A stretch of DNA of 64,000 bases from Geosiphon pyriformis uo1 (lineage: Eukaryota; Fungi; Glomeromycota), in NCBI GenBank assembly GCA_016748015.1, contig JAAOMT010000127.1, positions 1-64,000 of the forward strand, read 5' to 3'. This document shows positions 12,418 to 25,801 of the stretch, piece by piece. The stretch's first letter is position 1. Each line of letters begins with the position of its first letter. The translations under genes and the position numbers were made by a program. A model generated the notes under the pieces. The model worked only from the letters and a program-made list of their open reading frames with translations. It searched no databases and was not told where the DNA came from.

Positions 12418-13051
12418 AATGAGAGTGTTAAAAACAAAAAAAATATTAAAAATAAAGTTCAAATTAATTTAAACCACAATACTTTTTTTTTTAAAAGATA
12501 GTTTTTAATAACTTAAAGCAAAATTACATTAATATTAATAAAATTATTTATTATTATCTAATTCATATTATTATCACTTAATTAAAAAAATATTAATTAC
12601 TTCTATATTATTAATATTCTTTATTAATAAAATTCAATATTTAATTATATTAGACTAATAGCTCTTGATTATAATTATTGATGAAATACTAATTTTTTAT
12701 TTTTTTATTTTTATTTTTTTAATTTTTTTAATTTTTTTTTGTTTCGTTTTTTTGTTGTTTACTAATTAATTAAAAGAATTAAATACTGAATATTTGATGT
12801 CAAAAATAGTCTGGTAAAAGATCTGGAAACAATAATAGAAATTTAAAAATAGCTTACCAGAAGAGCATAACTGCCAAAATAAACTGGTTATTATGCTAAA
12901 AAAAAATTTATGGAAAAAATTATCAATTAAATTTTTGTTTATTATACAAAAAACTCAACTAAAATCTTCAAAAATTACCAATATTCTTAGCTATTAAATA
13001 CCAAGTTACAGATTTGTTATTTATTCTAATACCCTAAATAATTACCTATAA
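12418..13051 (+). repeat. Remainder of the old family-B LTR that began at ~4451
   Basis: Degenerate matches to the B LTR: atagctcttgat...tattgatgaaatactaat, gcttaccagaag, taccaagttacagatttgttattta, ttacctataa. Confidence 0.7.
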
Positions 13052-13181
13052 TTTTTTTTTTATTTGTTTAATAAGTGAGGTCCAAATACTACTTAGAACA
13101 ATACATCATAAAAGATCTAAACTAGGTGTGAATCATGTATTTCCTACACATAACCAGCCACTCAGACCAATCAGGACAACA

Positions 13182-15655
13182 CTAAGCATCTATAATAACT
13201 GACACAGAATCCCCAATGCCCGAAAAAAATAAACAAGATGTATGAAAACCAAAGTGAATGCCAAAAGCCTCCACAATACCCAACAGCTTTACCACCCCAG
13301 CAGAGAAAACTGAAGAAAGGCCATGCACTAGATCAAGAACCAAATCATTACTAAAAATCAGATCACGTTTTTCCATTAAAGCACGGTAACTTGCACAAAC
13401 CAATCAAATCTCATTCTTAAAAACAAGACAAAAATTCCACACAAATTCCACCACCTTATAACAAGCAATTTTGGAGTTTTCAAAAACCGAAACCACTTCC
13501 TGAAAACAAAGTTTGAACATAAAACCCTTACAAAATGCCACACACATCAAGGCATCAGAGACACAAAAGAGCATAAACTGTATAAGTCATAATGATGACC
13601 AAGATAAACCAGAGAGGGTTTCCCAGATAGCTGTGTGCATGTTTAACAGCTGGGTGCGGATAGCAGTATCAGAGCCACATGAAAAAACGTGATCAGAAAA
13701 TTTGACTTCACCACAAAACAAGCACAAAACACTGGAATAAGACCTACTATAAAGGCGTTTGCGAACAGCTACAGGCAGCCAATGATGTAATGCTTTCATG
13801 AAATAAGTACAAGCACCAGCAGAATGTTTACCAGTGAAATCAATGGCCATATGCATATCAGAATGCCACACAAGCGAAGACCTATGCCAGTCTATGTTAC
13901 CATGCAAACTGGTAACCAAGACTTTAGAACCAGAGCCAACCTCTCATTTAGCACAATGTACACAATAGAAAATATCACAAACAAAATGTCTAGAATTTCC
14001 AGAAACGACCACACCATCTGCCAAAATATAGTGCTTATTCAAACGTAAAGGAAAAAAAAGGTCAAACGTAGAAGCAGCTGCAGCAAAAGCATCTGCTCAC
14101 TCATTACTCACAACACCAAAATGTCCTTTGACTTTAAACCAACAGACATTCAAATTCCTATTATGAATCAAGTTGAAAATGTGATGGCGTTCTAACCAGC
14201 ATTGATTTCAAAAGTCTGGAACCACCAGACCCAACTCAGATCTGCATGCATCCAAAGCTGCCTAACTGTCAGAAAACAAATGAACAGAACTGGAGGAGAG
14301 AACACACTCAAGAGCCAAAGCAATAGTCTGCAATTCCACCATAGTAGAAGATACCAAACCAGAAACCACAACACCTAAACCCAAATCAACACCCTCAAAA
14401 AAAACTGCTGCACCAGCCCACATGCCAACAGTACCCAAACCAGCCAAAGAACTATCAGTAAATACCGAAATACTATCAGAACTGACTTCAAGTAGATGAC
14501 CACAAATCGTATCAAATTCAATCAAATTCAGGATATTTTGAGGAGCAGTTTTACCAACAGGAGAAGACATAACAGAGATAGGAGCCATTATACTAAAAAA
14601 AGCAATTGAAAGATCAAACCAGACAGAAACTGGCCCATGTGGGTCCAACTTCTTCCAACGTTTAAAAGTTGCCCAAGTAAAATTAGCTCCCTTGCAGTCC
14701 CAAAGCTGGTTCACAAAAGCAATACCATAACGCCAAAGAGATGGAAGACATCTGACAAATTTAGATTTGCCAAGAACAGACACCATAGGGGTTCCATTCC
14801 GAAGACAAAAAGCATTGGCTCTAAAGCCACCCAAAGAAAGATTATAACCATGAAAAATACAAACCAAGCCCACTAAATAATTATCAGAAGCACCAACACC
14901 AATACGAATAGGGAAATTCAAGAGATGAATTGGTCACCAACACAAAACTTGTAAGTCATGAGATCTATAAGCAAACAGATGACCCAAAATACCAACTGAA
15001 TTCGCAAAACAAACAACAAATGCCACCTTGTGCTCAGCCTGGATTTGCTCAAAAGTTTTCAAGCCATAAAATGAGGGGTGATGCAGTGCATCATTGGGAA
15101 AATCTAAAGGCAGACCAGATTTTGATTTCAAATCTCTGCAAATCATAGTATCTCATTTGTTGCACATACTAAGAGGAACAAAGCTGAACTGAGTTCTGTA
15201 ATTTACAATAGGGTGCAGAACTGAAGACACCAAATACAAAAACTGTTTATTAGAGATGGTCTTTTTTAACACAAGATTAGCAAAAAACTTGATGTCCAAG
15301 TGAGCTTTGGCCAGACTGGGTTTAGAAAGGCCTTCAGTGGACAGAAAGATACCCAAATACCAATGAGATTCTCCCTTATTGGCCACAGAGATAGGTAACC
15401 CACTTATCAAAAAAGAGGAATTTGCAACCCGGCAGTTGATAAGAATGGCCACAGTCTTATCATTGTTAATTGAAATGTCATTAATCCTGAAAAATTTGCT
15501 AACAACATTTAGTATGTGTTGTGTCGCTGCCTGACTACTACTGACCCAAATCATATCATCCACAAAAGCACCAGCAGCAAGAAAAGAAGTTAACTCAGCT
15601 TGAGATTCTACACAACCATTCTTAGAAATGAAATGAGAATTTAACTGGTATTCAC
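13182..15655 (-). pseudogene. L1 ORF2 C-terminal half: RT end, RNase H, C-terminal Cys/His finger
   Basis: AFVDD and YLGIFL (RT); VFTDSS, VELQTIALAL and FSDS (RNase H); CLFCGEVKFSDHVFSC. Confidence 0.88.
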
Positions 15656-16495
15656 TGTTACTCATAAAATATAGGAAATATAGTATTATTAGTCAATAAA
15701 TATTAGCCAATCAGAAGTAGACATAGTAAATGTGGAATTCCAGGATTCCTTTCAGGAATTGCAGGATTTCAAGAATTTCAGGATTCTCCAATAAGGAATT
15801 GCAGGATTCCAGAATTCCAGGATTCCTGTTGTGAAAAATCGAGAAATTGAGAAATCTCAATTATGTATATATAGCAGCAGGATTAGAAGCTAAAAAGAGA
15901 GCCCTCTTAGTTTAGATTTAATCTAAGCAACTCTCCAAATCACAAACATCCAATAAATAACTATTTGTTATCTCAAACCTATTACACTATCAACACTTCA
16001 TGTTGATAGTAATTGATCTTTAACAATATTGGAACAATAGCTCTTGATCATGGCTATTGATGGAATACTAATTTGTAAATTGCCTTGGCTTATTTTCTTT
16101 TCTTTCTTTATTTCTTTTCTTTCTTTATTTCTTTTCTTTTTTTATTTTTTTTTTCTGTGATTTTGTTATTGAGCACTAACCAATTGATTGAAAGCGCTGA
16201 TTACTGATGTCAAGAATTGACTAGTAAAAGACCCCTGCAAGAGGGTAAGACATGTACAAAAGATATGGATTACTTACCAGAGGATTGCCAGCCACCAAGC
16301 CAAGAAAAAAATTGACAGGCTTGTGAATCTGGGAAGCTATGGATAAAACAACTATTGAATCTCTGTCTATTATACAAAGGACTCCATCAAAACCTTCAGA
16401 TACAACTCTTCAGATCATCGACAATGAGAATAGCTTTGAGTACCAAGTTATGGGTTTGTTATTTAATTCGACAGCAGAAAAACTTACCTGTAACA
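15656..16495 (+). repeat. 5' LTR of element B (840 bp)
   Basis: Direct repeat of 24940-25801; cluster of caggattcc-type 9-mers. Confidence 0.95.
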
Positions 16496-16557
16496 TTTGG
16501 TGCTTCCTGTGAGGTATAATTCTACAGAGAACTAGCACTGACAACACCAAACCAAAA

Positions 16558-19340
16558 GTGGCAGAATCAGAAAATATAGGAGCAAACCATTTAGGATTTG
16601 CAAAATCCTTATTTCAACACTATTGTCAATACTTGGGATTAAACCACAATCATATATTTGCCAAATCAGCTTTTAATTTCTACGTCAACAAAAAGATTTC
16701 CTCTTTGTTGGGGACACCAGTGAATACTGAATCAGCAAGGGAAACTTTCTATAGGGAATTAATTCAAAATACCAGCCTACCAACAAATCATAATTTCACA
16801 TCCATCATCACTAAGATTAACAAAGAAATTGAACATCACACTTAACAAAGATATTCAATTACATATATTAGTAAAGACAAGGGAAAACTACAAACATCAG
16901 TGGTAATGCCCAAAAAGATACAACCACCCACTTGAAAGAAAACAAAAGTTGAATTACCAACTGCTTCATCTTATTACTACACACTGAGAAGCGCCATCAA
17001 TATAACATCAGCAAGCGCGTTCACATCAAATGTGATATCAACATTTGAACGATTTCCATTCCAAAGTAAACAAAGGAAAACAGATCTGTTAGGACCATAT
17101 GGTGAATATTTTGAGGGATTTAAATCACGATCACCAAGCCCATCAGGAATTTGATTACTGCTGCCTCAATCAGACTTTGGAACTGCTACTCCATAGAAAC
17201 TATCTGAAGAAGAAAAGGAAAAAGAATTGGAAGATCAAGAATTTACTTACCAAAACCCGATCACGGAAAATCCAAAAGTTGAAACCTCAAATCTTCAAGC
17301 TCAGCAAAATCTAAATCTAAAAGATTCGGAAATCAAAACTCCGAATCATCAAAGGCAGAACAATCCAAAACCCGAATTAATTAACCAGCAAAACTTACCT
17401 CCAGTAATCATCATCGATCAACTGCCGATTAATCTAGTAGTTGAATCCATACAACAGCCATTTCAACTACCATCCCAACAACCAGAACAACAACAACCAC
17501 TTTAACAGCCACCACAACAACCCAATTTAGATCCAATGGCCTATGCACCAATCGCAAAACTGGACAACTTTACTGGTGAAGAAGACAACGCGCAAGTATG
17601 GCTGAATGATGTAGAGAAAGCCATTATTGCGAATGGATAGAATAACAATCAAGCACTTCAAGCCATCCCATACTTTCTAAGGGACACCGTGAATGCATGG
17701 TATCAAAGCCTAGCTGTCAAATTCCAAACTTTCAACGACTTTAAGATGGAATTTGTAAGATATTTCAGTAATAATAATAGCATCAACAAGTTAGCCAACT
17801 TTTTTACCACCATCAAGCAAAGAGATACTAAAGCAGTTACCACTTACTTGGGACGTTTCCATAGAAACCTGCACCAGATTCAAGCAATTCAAGCTGACTA
17901 TTTTACAGTGCCACAGATTTTGAACCAATTTATTAGAGGTTTGTGTAGTAATCTTCTTCAGTGAGTATGCCCAATACATCCAGTTGACCTCTCTACTGCT
18001 GTTACACACACTAGAAATTTTGAAGCAGCTAAGTTAGAAGCCAACCACACCCAAGCAGTAAACCTAGTAATGAATGGATCATCTGAATTGGATTCCAAAC
18101 TGAAACAATTCAGTGAGTCAATTAATTAAAAACTAGAGGGATACTTAGCTGACAATTGCGCCATATATCAACCACCACAATGATGCAATAATTCAGGAAA
18201 TGTGAATTATTTCCAAAATCAATTATGTCCATCATCCTCAACAGCACCTAATCCGCCGTGGCAGCCAGAAATGCGTGTCTGCCACAACTGTAGTAAACAA
18301 GGCCATATTCAAATTAATTGCCATACTTATAGCAACCAACGATCAGGAAATCAATACAGAAACCCTGATTGCCAATTCCAAACTCCAAATCATTATTCAA
18401 ATTAAGATCAAGACCAATATCAAAATACCTACCTGCCAATGACACAGCAACTGATCTATCAACTGCCAGTATATCAACTTTCAGTTTATTAACCACAGCC
18501 ACCAGCAATTTATCAACAGCAGCCTCCAGTAATTTATCAGCCGCAGCCCCAAATAATTTATCAGTCTCAGTCATCAATTCAAACACCACTCCAAAACTTA
18601 GCTACAATAACATCAGGAAACCCGAGATCCAGAATTGCTCAAAATGGGAGATCAGCAATGGTTGTTCATCAACTAATCCCCAGCTTCTCTTACCAAAGCT
18701 CAGGATCCCGTTCTCGGAATTCGGGTACTGGTGCCACCCAACACCCGAATTCCCAAAACTATTTAAGTCTCCTGGTTACTCCAGAAGACGCCACATCCAG
18801 CAACTTGGAATCAGATCAACAGACAACACTTACTAACAACATCTCACCAACAATGGTCACCAATGACAAATCATTAGCAGCCATCTTCTCTTTTGAACTG
18901 GAGGGACCATCTTAATTACCATTATTCAGTGGAGCCGCCCTCGAGGAGAAACCCATCACAGTGATGTACACTGATGCAAAAGTAGATGGACATCCGATCA
19001 AACTCATCCTTGATAGCAGTTCAGCAGACAGCATCATTACGCGACAACTCATGGACCAATTAGGTCACTGAGTTGATTGGACTGCTAATGCTCGTATAAT
19101 CACTACTGATGGAGTGACTAAAACCCCAATTGGTGAGATAGATGATTTCCTATTTGAAGTCAATGGCATCATCACTCCCATCAAAGTCTTGGTGATAGAA
19201 GCCAGCCAATACCAAGCTCTAGTTGGTAATGACTGGCTGTTCAAAACCAACGCCGTTCTGAACTGGATGATGCAAGAGCTCCAACTAAGTGTCAATGGTC
19301 AACACACATGTGTGCCAGCCACATGTGGCCACTTCAAGGT
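16558..19340 (+). pseudogene. gag: Gag and protease of element B (single frame)
   Basis: In-frame fragments; CHNCSKQGHIQINC knuckle at ~18280; LILDSSS and ALVGNDWL (protease). Confidence 0.85.
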
Positions 19341-20559
19341 TTCTTCAAAAGAGGAACCATTGATAGAACTGAAGGAAGAAAAGAAGCCTATCTGGAAAGC
19401 TTTTCAAGTCTTCTGGGCCAATGCTGATCACAATGAACTATCACTCATACTCTCATGGAATGACAAGGGAAAAAAAAAAAAAGAAGAACTTATCTGGCAG
19501 CCAAACTTAAGAGCATGGGATGAGGACGAACTAAATGAATCAACTGCCGAGTGGACCTGGGAAGAAAAGAGAAAAGGGAAAGAAAAGAAAGACGACCAAC
19601 CACCAAGCGCCAATTCAGCTTATGTCTTATACTCTATGCCACCACAAACAGGATACTGTTGACCCAAACTAGTATGTATCAGTTGTGGTAAAAAATTGTC
19701 AACAATGGGCACATGCTGTAGTAAGGACAAAGAATAGACAACAGCAACTGAATACTACTGTCACCCATGTATCCTTGAACGTGATAGATAACTGCCAAAA
19801 ATGGGAAAATAGGACAGTACCTTGTGTTTAACCTGTGGAGATACTCTTTTGGATGAAGGAATGTGGAAAGACATTCCTGGAAGAGGGGGAGCATACAATG
19901 AAACATGCCAATACACAATCCTGATTAACAACTGGGTACGAAAGGGAACTCCAATTAACGATGCCTGGAAGCAAACATTAAAATGCCTGAAAGGATACCC
20001 ACACGACAAAGATGAGATCTGAAGAATAGCATATGCTATGTCTGAAGGCGCTACAACAGAGGAGCTGAGAGAAATTAAGAACAATTCACTATCACTGCCA
20101 GAACCAGAATATGTCCAAATGTTTGACGTCTTTGGCAATATTGAGAATGACCCAGAAGAATTTCACGAACACTACCAGCGACTAGCACCCACAAGAGAAG
20201 AACAAGAAGAACATTTAGCACAGCTAAACACTCAATTATGTGACCATTGTTTGATTCCATGTGACTTCCAATATTGTAATAAGTGTGACCTTATCTACAA
20301 TCCACTACCACGCATGATCTACATGATTTCTGAAAAAGAAGAACCAATTAGCAATTGCGCATCAGAATCAAAATCACTGATTAATCACAATTCAAATTCC
20401 AACAATGACGACGACAACAACAGTTCAAGCTCCATTCAAAATATCAATGACAACAACAATGATTCCAACTCAGATCCAAACTCTGATACAAACTATGAAC
20501 AATATATTGCACTACCAGATCTCTCCAAAAAGCAGGAGTTGAAATGATATAGTAATAAT

Positions 20560-20965
20560 GGGGAAGGTATTATGCCAAAATGCATGCATAATACTGATGC
20601 AGGGTTTGATCTGAGATATCCAGGAAAAGATGCATCAAATTGGAACCACATTCATGCACCTGCATTGATCTAAAAGTAGCTTTAGAAATTCCAGCAACAA
20701 CAATGATTCAATTAGCCTTTAGGAGTAGTTTAGCGAAAAAAGAGATTAATATAAGAAGAGAAATAATTGATGCGGGATATGTAGGAAATATCATTGCTAT
20801 GCTACAAAACGACTCTGAAAAGGCCTATATCATAGGGCCAAATGAAAAGATAGCACAGGCAATATTTCTGCCTCTGGTAAAAATAGTGCAATTAGTATCA
20901 GTGAGAAATAGAGAGGAATTAAGGATAACAGTAAGAGAGATACAAGGATTTGGATCAACAGGTAG
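20560..20965 (+). pseudogene. dut: dUTPase domain of element B
   Basis: Motifs DAGFDL, RSSLAKK, IIDAGYVGNI, IAQAI and QGFGSTG; one frameshift near 20637. Confidence 0.9.
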
Positions 20966-21479
20966 AATAGATGTATCAGTTAATATGGTGGAGAAAAAAA
21001 TTGTTGGCCAAGAAGAAATTATCTCAACCAGTCAAGCTATTTCTATTCCATCATATAACCAGTACATGCTAGCAATAAAAAGGAAGAAAAAAGACCAAGT
21101 ACAAATTTTTGAAGCAGAAGCCAGTCTTTGTGAATTAGAAGAAGTTGGACTCATTAATCTCCACATACCAGCCAAAGATTACAGCCACATCAAAATTTCC
21201 ATCTACAACAACACAGGAAATATCATAGTAATACCAGCCAGAACCATTATTGGATACTTAAACACTGAAATAGAGGATCAATTACCAAGACCCATTCCAG
21301 ACTTTCTACAACTTTGTGAATATGTCAATATTACATCACAAACAATATACGGATGAAGTGAATGTTATTTGCTCCAACCAGAACAATTGGAACAAATGAA
21401 CATGGGAAACTTAGATCCACTCCAACATATGCAACTCAAGATATTGCTCAACCAGTTCAATGACATCTTTGCCAGTGAA

Positions 21480-22796
21480 AATAAGTTTGGCCAAACTAAT
21501 ATTATCCAGCATTAGATCAAGACTGGAAATGCAATGCCAATCAAACAAAGAGCATACAGAGTGCTGCCAGCCAGCCACGAGATCATTCGTCAAGAGATAA
21601 ACAGAATGCTTGACAATGGGCTAATTCAACTATCAATAAGCCCATGGTCGTTACCAGTGGTACTTGTCTGTAAAAAGAATGAAAAAATCCGATTTTGTGT
21701 AGACTACAGAAAACTCAATAGTGTAACTCATGAAGACAGTTATCCAACTCCACAAATATAGGAATTATTCGATGCTTTTGGTGGGAACAAATGGTTCTCA
21801 ACATTGGATTTGAACAATGGTTACTGGCAAGTAGCCATGAATCCGGCTGACAAAGAGAAGATGGCATTCACTACTAGAGAAGGGAATTTCGAATTTGAAG
21901 TAATGCCATTTGACTTAACCAATGCCCCAGCAACTTTCCAACAACTAATGGAAATTGTTTATACTGGCTTATTGTGGAAATCAGTAGTTGTATACTTGGA
22001 TGACACCAATGTATTCTCAAAGATGTTTGATAATCATCTTTATCATCTTAACCAATTGTTCAAAAGACTAAGAAAAACAGAACTAAAGTTAAATGCAACA
22101 AAATGCTTCTTCGGCAAGACAGAACTAAAATTCTTGGAACACATAGTCAGCAAAGACAGCATCAAAACAGATCTGAAGAAAATAGAGATAGTAAAGAACT
22201 TTCCAGTGCTGACTAATATAACAGAACTGAAATCATTCTTGGGATTCACCAGCTACTATCAACATTTTATTAAGAACTTCTTCAAGATAGCACAGCCACT
22301 CAACCAACTGCAAAACAAAAATACAAAATATGAATGAACAGAAAGTCAACAAGAAGCTTTTGATATTCTGAAAAGAAAACTCATCCAAGCTCCAGTACTG
22401 ATCTATCCAGATCACAGCAAATCATTTATTATCACCACCGATACATCTGGCCAAGCATTAGAAGCAGTACTATTTCAGAGAGGACCAGACAGCAGAGAAC
22501 ATCCAGTAGCATATGTCAGCAGAGGTTTAATACCTGCCAAAAAGAACTATGGAACACCAGAACAAGAACACTTAGCAATATACTGGACAGTTATGAAATG
22601 GAAAGAATACTTGAGCTAGAAGTTCGAGGTGTACACAAATCACAAAGGATTAACATCCCTTCAAAAACAAGAATTTGGAAATGGAAGACAGTCAAGATGG
22701 AAAATGGCACTCACACCATATAATTATACTATACATTATAAAAAAGGAAAAGACAATAGAAATGCAGACAGTTTATCGCAAATGAGACAAATCTAA
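21480..22796 (+). pseudogene. pol: RT and RNase H of element B
   Basis: RFCVDYRKLN, GYWQV, YLDD; ends NADSLSQMRQI*. Confidence 0.92.
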
Positions 22797-22859
22797 GAAC
22801 ATTTCAACCCAAAAATATAACAAAATCAGAACAATACTAACAGAAAAATACAACAAAAA

Positions 22860-24242
22860 ATGAACATACAAAAATATTAACAATTGCAACATTATATAAA
22901 TACTTAACAGTTCAAGGAAAATTTATCTTAAACAGAACGAAAGAGTATCAAACAACAATCAAAATATTTTATTACTCACCAAAATATACTTTATCAGAAA
23001 AATAAAAGGAATTCAAATCAACCAACCAGAGTAATTACAGAGCCAGAAAAAGGGATCATATTATTCAACATGCACTCAAATCCAACAGCAGGACATTTTC
23101 ATAAAGAAGCAACCATAAAAAGAACCAGAAAGAGATACTATTGGCCATCAATGTATCCAGACATCATTCAATATGTTCAAAATTGTGATGCTTGTCAGCA
23201 AAGAGAAGGAACAAGACCCAGTGAACCATTAAGACCAATCAAAGTGGGACAACCATTCGACCATATTGGAATTGATTTAGTCAGACCATTAACAATCACC
23301 AACAGAGAAAACAGATACATAGCAGTAGCTATGAACTATCTCACTAAATGGCCAGAAATGAAAGCAATTCAAAAAGCAGATGCAGAATCCATTGCCAAAT
23401 TCGTTTATTAGGATTTGATTTGTCAACATGGATATCCAAAAGAATTATTATCAGACCAAGGAACTCATTTTGTGAACAAAACATTAACAAAATTGAGCCA
23501 AAGATTTGGAATCAAGAGACTATTATCATCACCATACCATTCACAAACCAATGGATTAATAAGAAGATTCAACAGAACATTATGTGAAACAATAGCTAAG
23601 CTCAGCCAAGAAAGCCAGAATGATTGGAATTTGTTTATACCATCAGTACTATTTGCTTATCAGACAATGAAACACAATACTACACAAGCAACATTATTTG
23701 AATTAGTGTATGAGAGAACAGCAATGTTACCAGTAAAGGAAGAAATTAATACATATCCAGCTGAACCAATAACAGAAGAAAATTTTCAAGAAACATTGCT
23801 GAGAAGAACATATGACTTAATAGAAACATTGAAAAACAAACAAAGAAAAGCAGCTGATAATATTCAAAAGTCACAAGAAAAACAGAAAAAAAGACATGAT
23901 AGTCAACTACCAGACAAACCAGTTGAATTCAAGATTAAAGACAAAGTATTACTATATTATATCAAAGCAGAAAAACAATGAAGTGGAAAATTTGACCCCA
24001 AATGGAACAGACCATTTTACATAGAAGAAATTCTAAGAAATAGAGCTTACAAATTAAGATTGGATAACAAAATCTTAACCAAAGCAGCACATGGAGATCG
24101 ACTAAAATCATACCACAACACCATACTACCATCCACCAGTAATACTCCACAATTAGGAGTATAGAGAATACTAGTCCAACCAGATCAGGTTTCATGAGAT
24201 CTGGAACCAATCATTATTATTGACAACAATACATCAAATTGA
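22860..24242 (+). pseudogene. int: Integrase of element B (separate ORF)
   Basis: ATG at 22860; HSNPTAGH...CDACQ; IGIDLV; SDQGTHF; YHSQTNG. Confidence 0.92.
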
Positions 24243-24266
24243 TTCATCAAAAAAATATATAAAGAC

Positions 24267-24926
24267 ATGGTAGACGTGATAGGAAATATCAGAAAAATGA
24301 AAATTACAGACAACATTCACTCACTAGCACAACAACTCTTTCAACTGATCCAACACCAGGAAATGGAGATTACAATCAATCAACAAACCATTTGATATTA
24401 AGATATTAGAAAGACATGGCAACCCAGAACACAGAAGAAAACTGAAACTACTGTGGGCAAAATCATTGCAAAAGTAAAATTAGTAATAAAAAAGTCAACA
24501 AAAGAGTTGCTATATCAAGAGTTGACTAAAAAAACTTGGAATTGGTGGATACAACAATTTCCACAAAACTATTGTTATTTCTACTTGGAACAACACGTAA
24601 ATATCCAGAATCTATATATGGATAAAACAAAGCGATTATTTGACAAAAGAATACTACAACAATTAGAACATTTTGAGGGAAAAAACAACTTATCCACTTA
24701 GGCCCGAGCTATATACTAAATACACACAGCATTTTAAGATAGACCAGAAATATTACTCAACAAAGCAATGGATATGGTTATCAGTAATCAATTGGGAAAA
24801 ATCACCAATGCTTAATTTGAAAAATTACAGACCCAAATAACACAAGTAATTCTCGATAATGAAATCCAGGAAATACTTCAAGAAGGGGAATTAAACGAGT
24901 TGGATTTCGATGGAGCTCAATATTAA
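24267..24926 (+). pseudogene. Extra ORF after integrase in element B
   Basis: ATG at 24267 in frame with ORF 24453-24701; ends DFDGAQY*; several premature stops. Confidence 0.65.
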
Positions 24927-24939
24927 AAGAGAGGAATAA

Positions 24940-25801
24940 TGTTACTCATAGAATATAGGAAATATAGTATTATTAGTCAATAAATATTAGCCAATCAGAG
25001 ATAGACATAGTAAATATAGAATTCCAGGATTTCTTTCAAGAATTGCAGGATTCCAAAAATTTCAGGATTCCCTGATGAGAAATCGCAGGATTCCAGAATT
25101 CCAGGATTCCTCTCAAAGGAATCGCAGGATTCCAGGAATTCCAGAATTTTTGTTGTGAAGAATCGAAGAATTGAGGAATCTCAATTATGTATATATAGCA
25201 GCAGAATTAGAAGCTGAAAAGAGAGTCCTCTTAGTTTAGATTTAATCTAAGCAACCCTCTAAATCACAAACATCCAATAAATAACTATTTGTTATATCAA
25301 ACCTATTACACTATCAATACTTCATATTGATAGTAATTGATCTTTAACAACATTGGAACAATAGCTCTTGATCATGGCTATTGACGAGATATTAACTTGC
25401 AAATTACCTTGGCTTATTTTCTTTTCTTTCTTTATTTCTTTCTTTCTTTATTTTCTTTTTCTGTGATTTTGTTATTGGGCACTAACCAATTGATTGAAAG
25501 TGCTGATTACTGACATCAAAAATTGCCTAGTAAAAAACCTCTGTGAGAGGGTAGAACATGTACAGAAGATACAAATTACTTACCAGAGGATTGCCGGCCA
25601 CCAAGCCGAGAAAAGAATTAACAGGGTTGCGAGTCTGGAAAGCTACGGATAAAACAACTATTGAATCTCTGTTCATTATACAAAAGACTCCATCAAAACC
25701 TTCAGATACAACTCTTCAGATCATTGACAACAAGAATAGCTTTGAGCACCAAGTTATGGGTTTGTTATTTAATTCGACAGCAGAAAAACTCACCTGTAAC
25801 A
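24940..25801 (+). repeat. 3' LTR of element B (862 bp)
   Basis: Direct repeat of 15656-16495, preceded by the PPT aaaagagaggaataa. Confidence 0.95.

Larger units (their letters stand above)
15656..25801 (+). mobile_element. Full-length dUTPase-bearing Ty3/Gypsy element B (decayed), inserted in the RT of L1
   Basis: LTRs 15656-16495 and 24940-25801; TSD tcac/ccac; PBS at 16498; order gag-PR-Cys-rich-dUTPase-RT-RH-IN-extra ORF. Confidence 0.96.

Noticed and set aside
18369-18836. Ser/Thr-rich 155-aa ORF that looks like a mucin or adhesin
   Set aside because: Off-frame reading of the Gln/Pro/Tyr-rich repeat region of element B gag.
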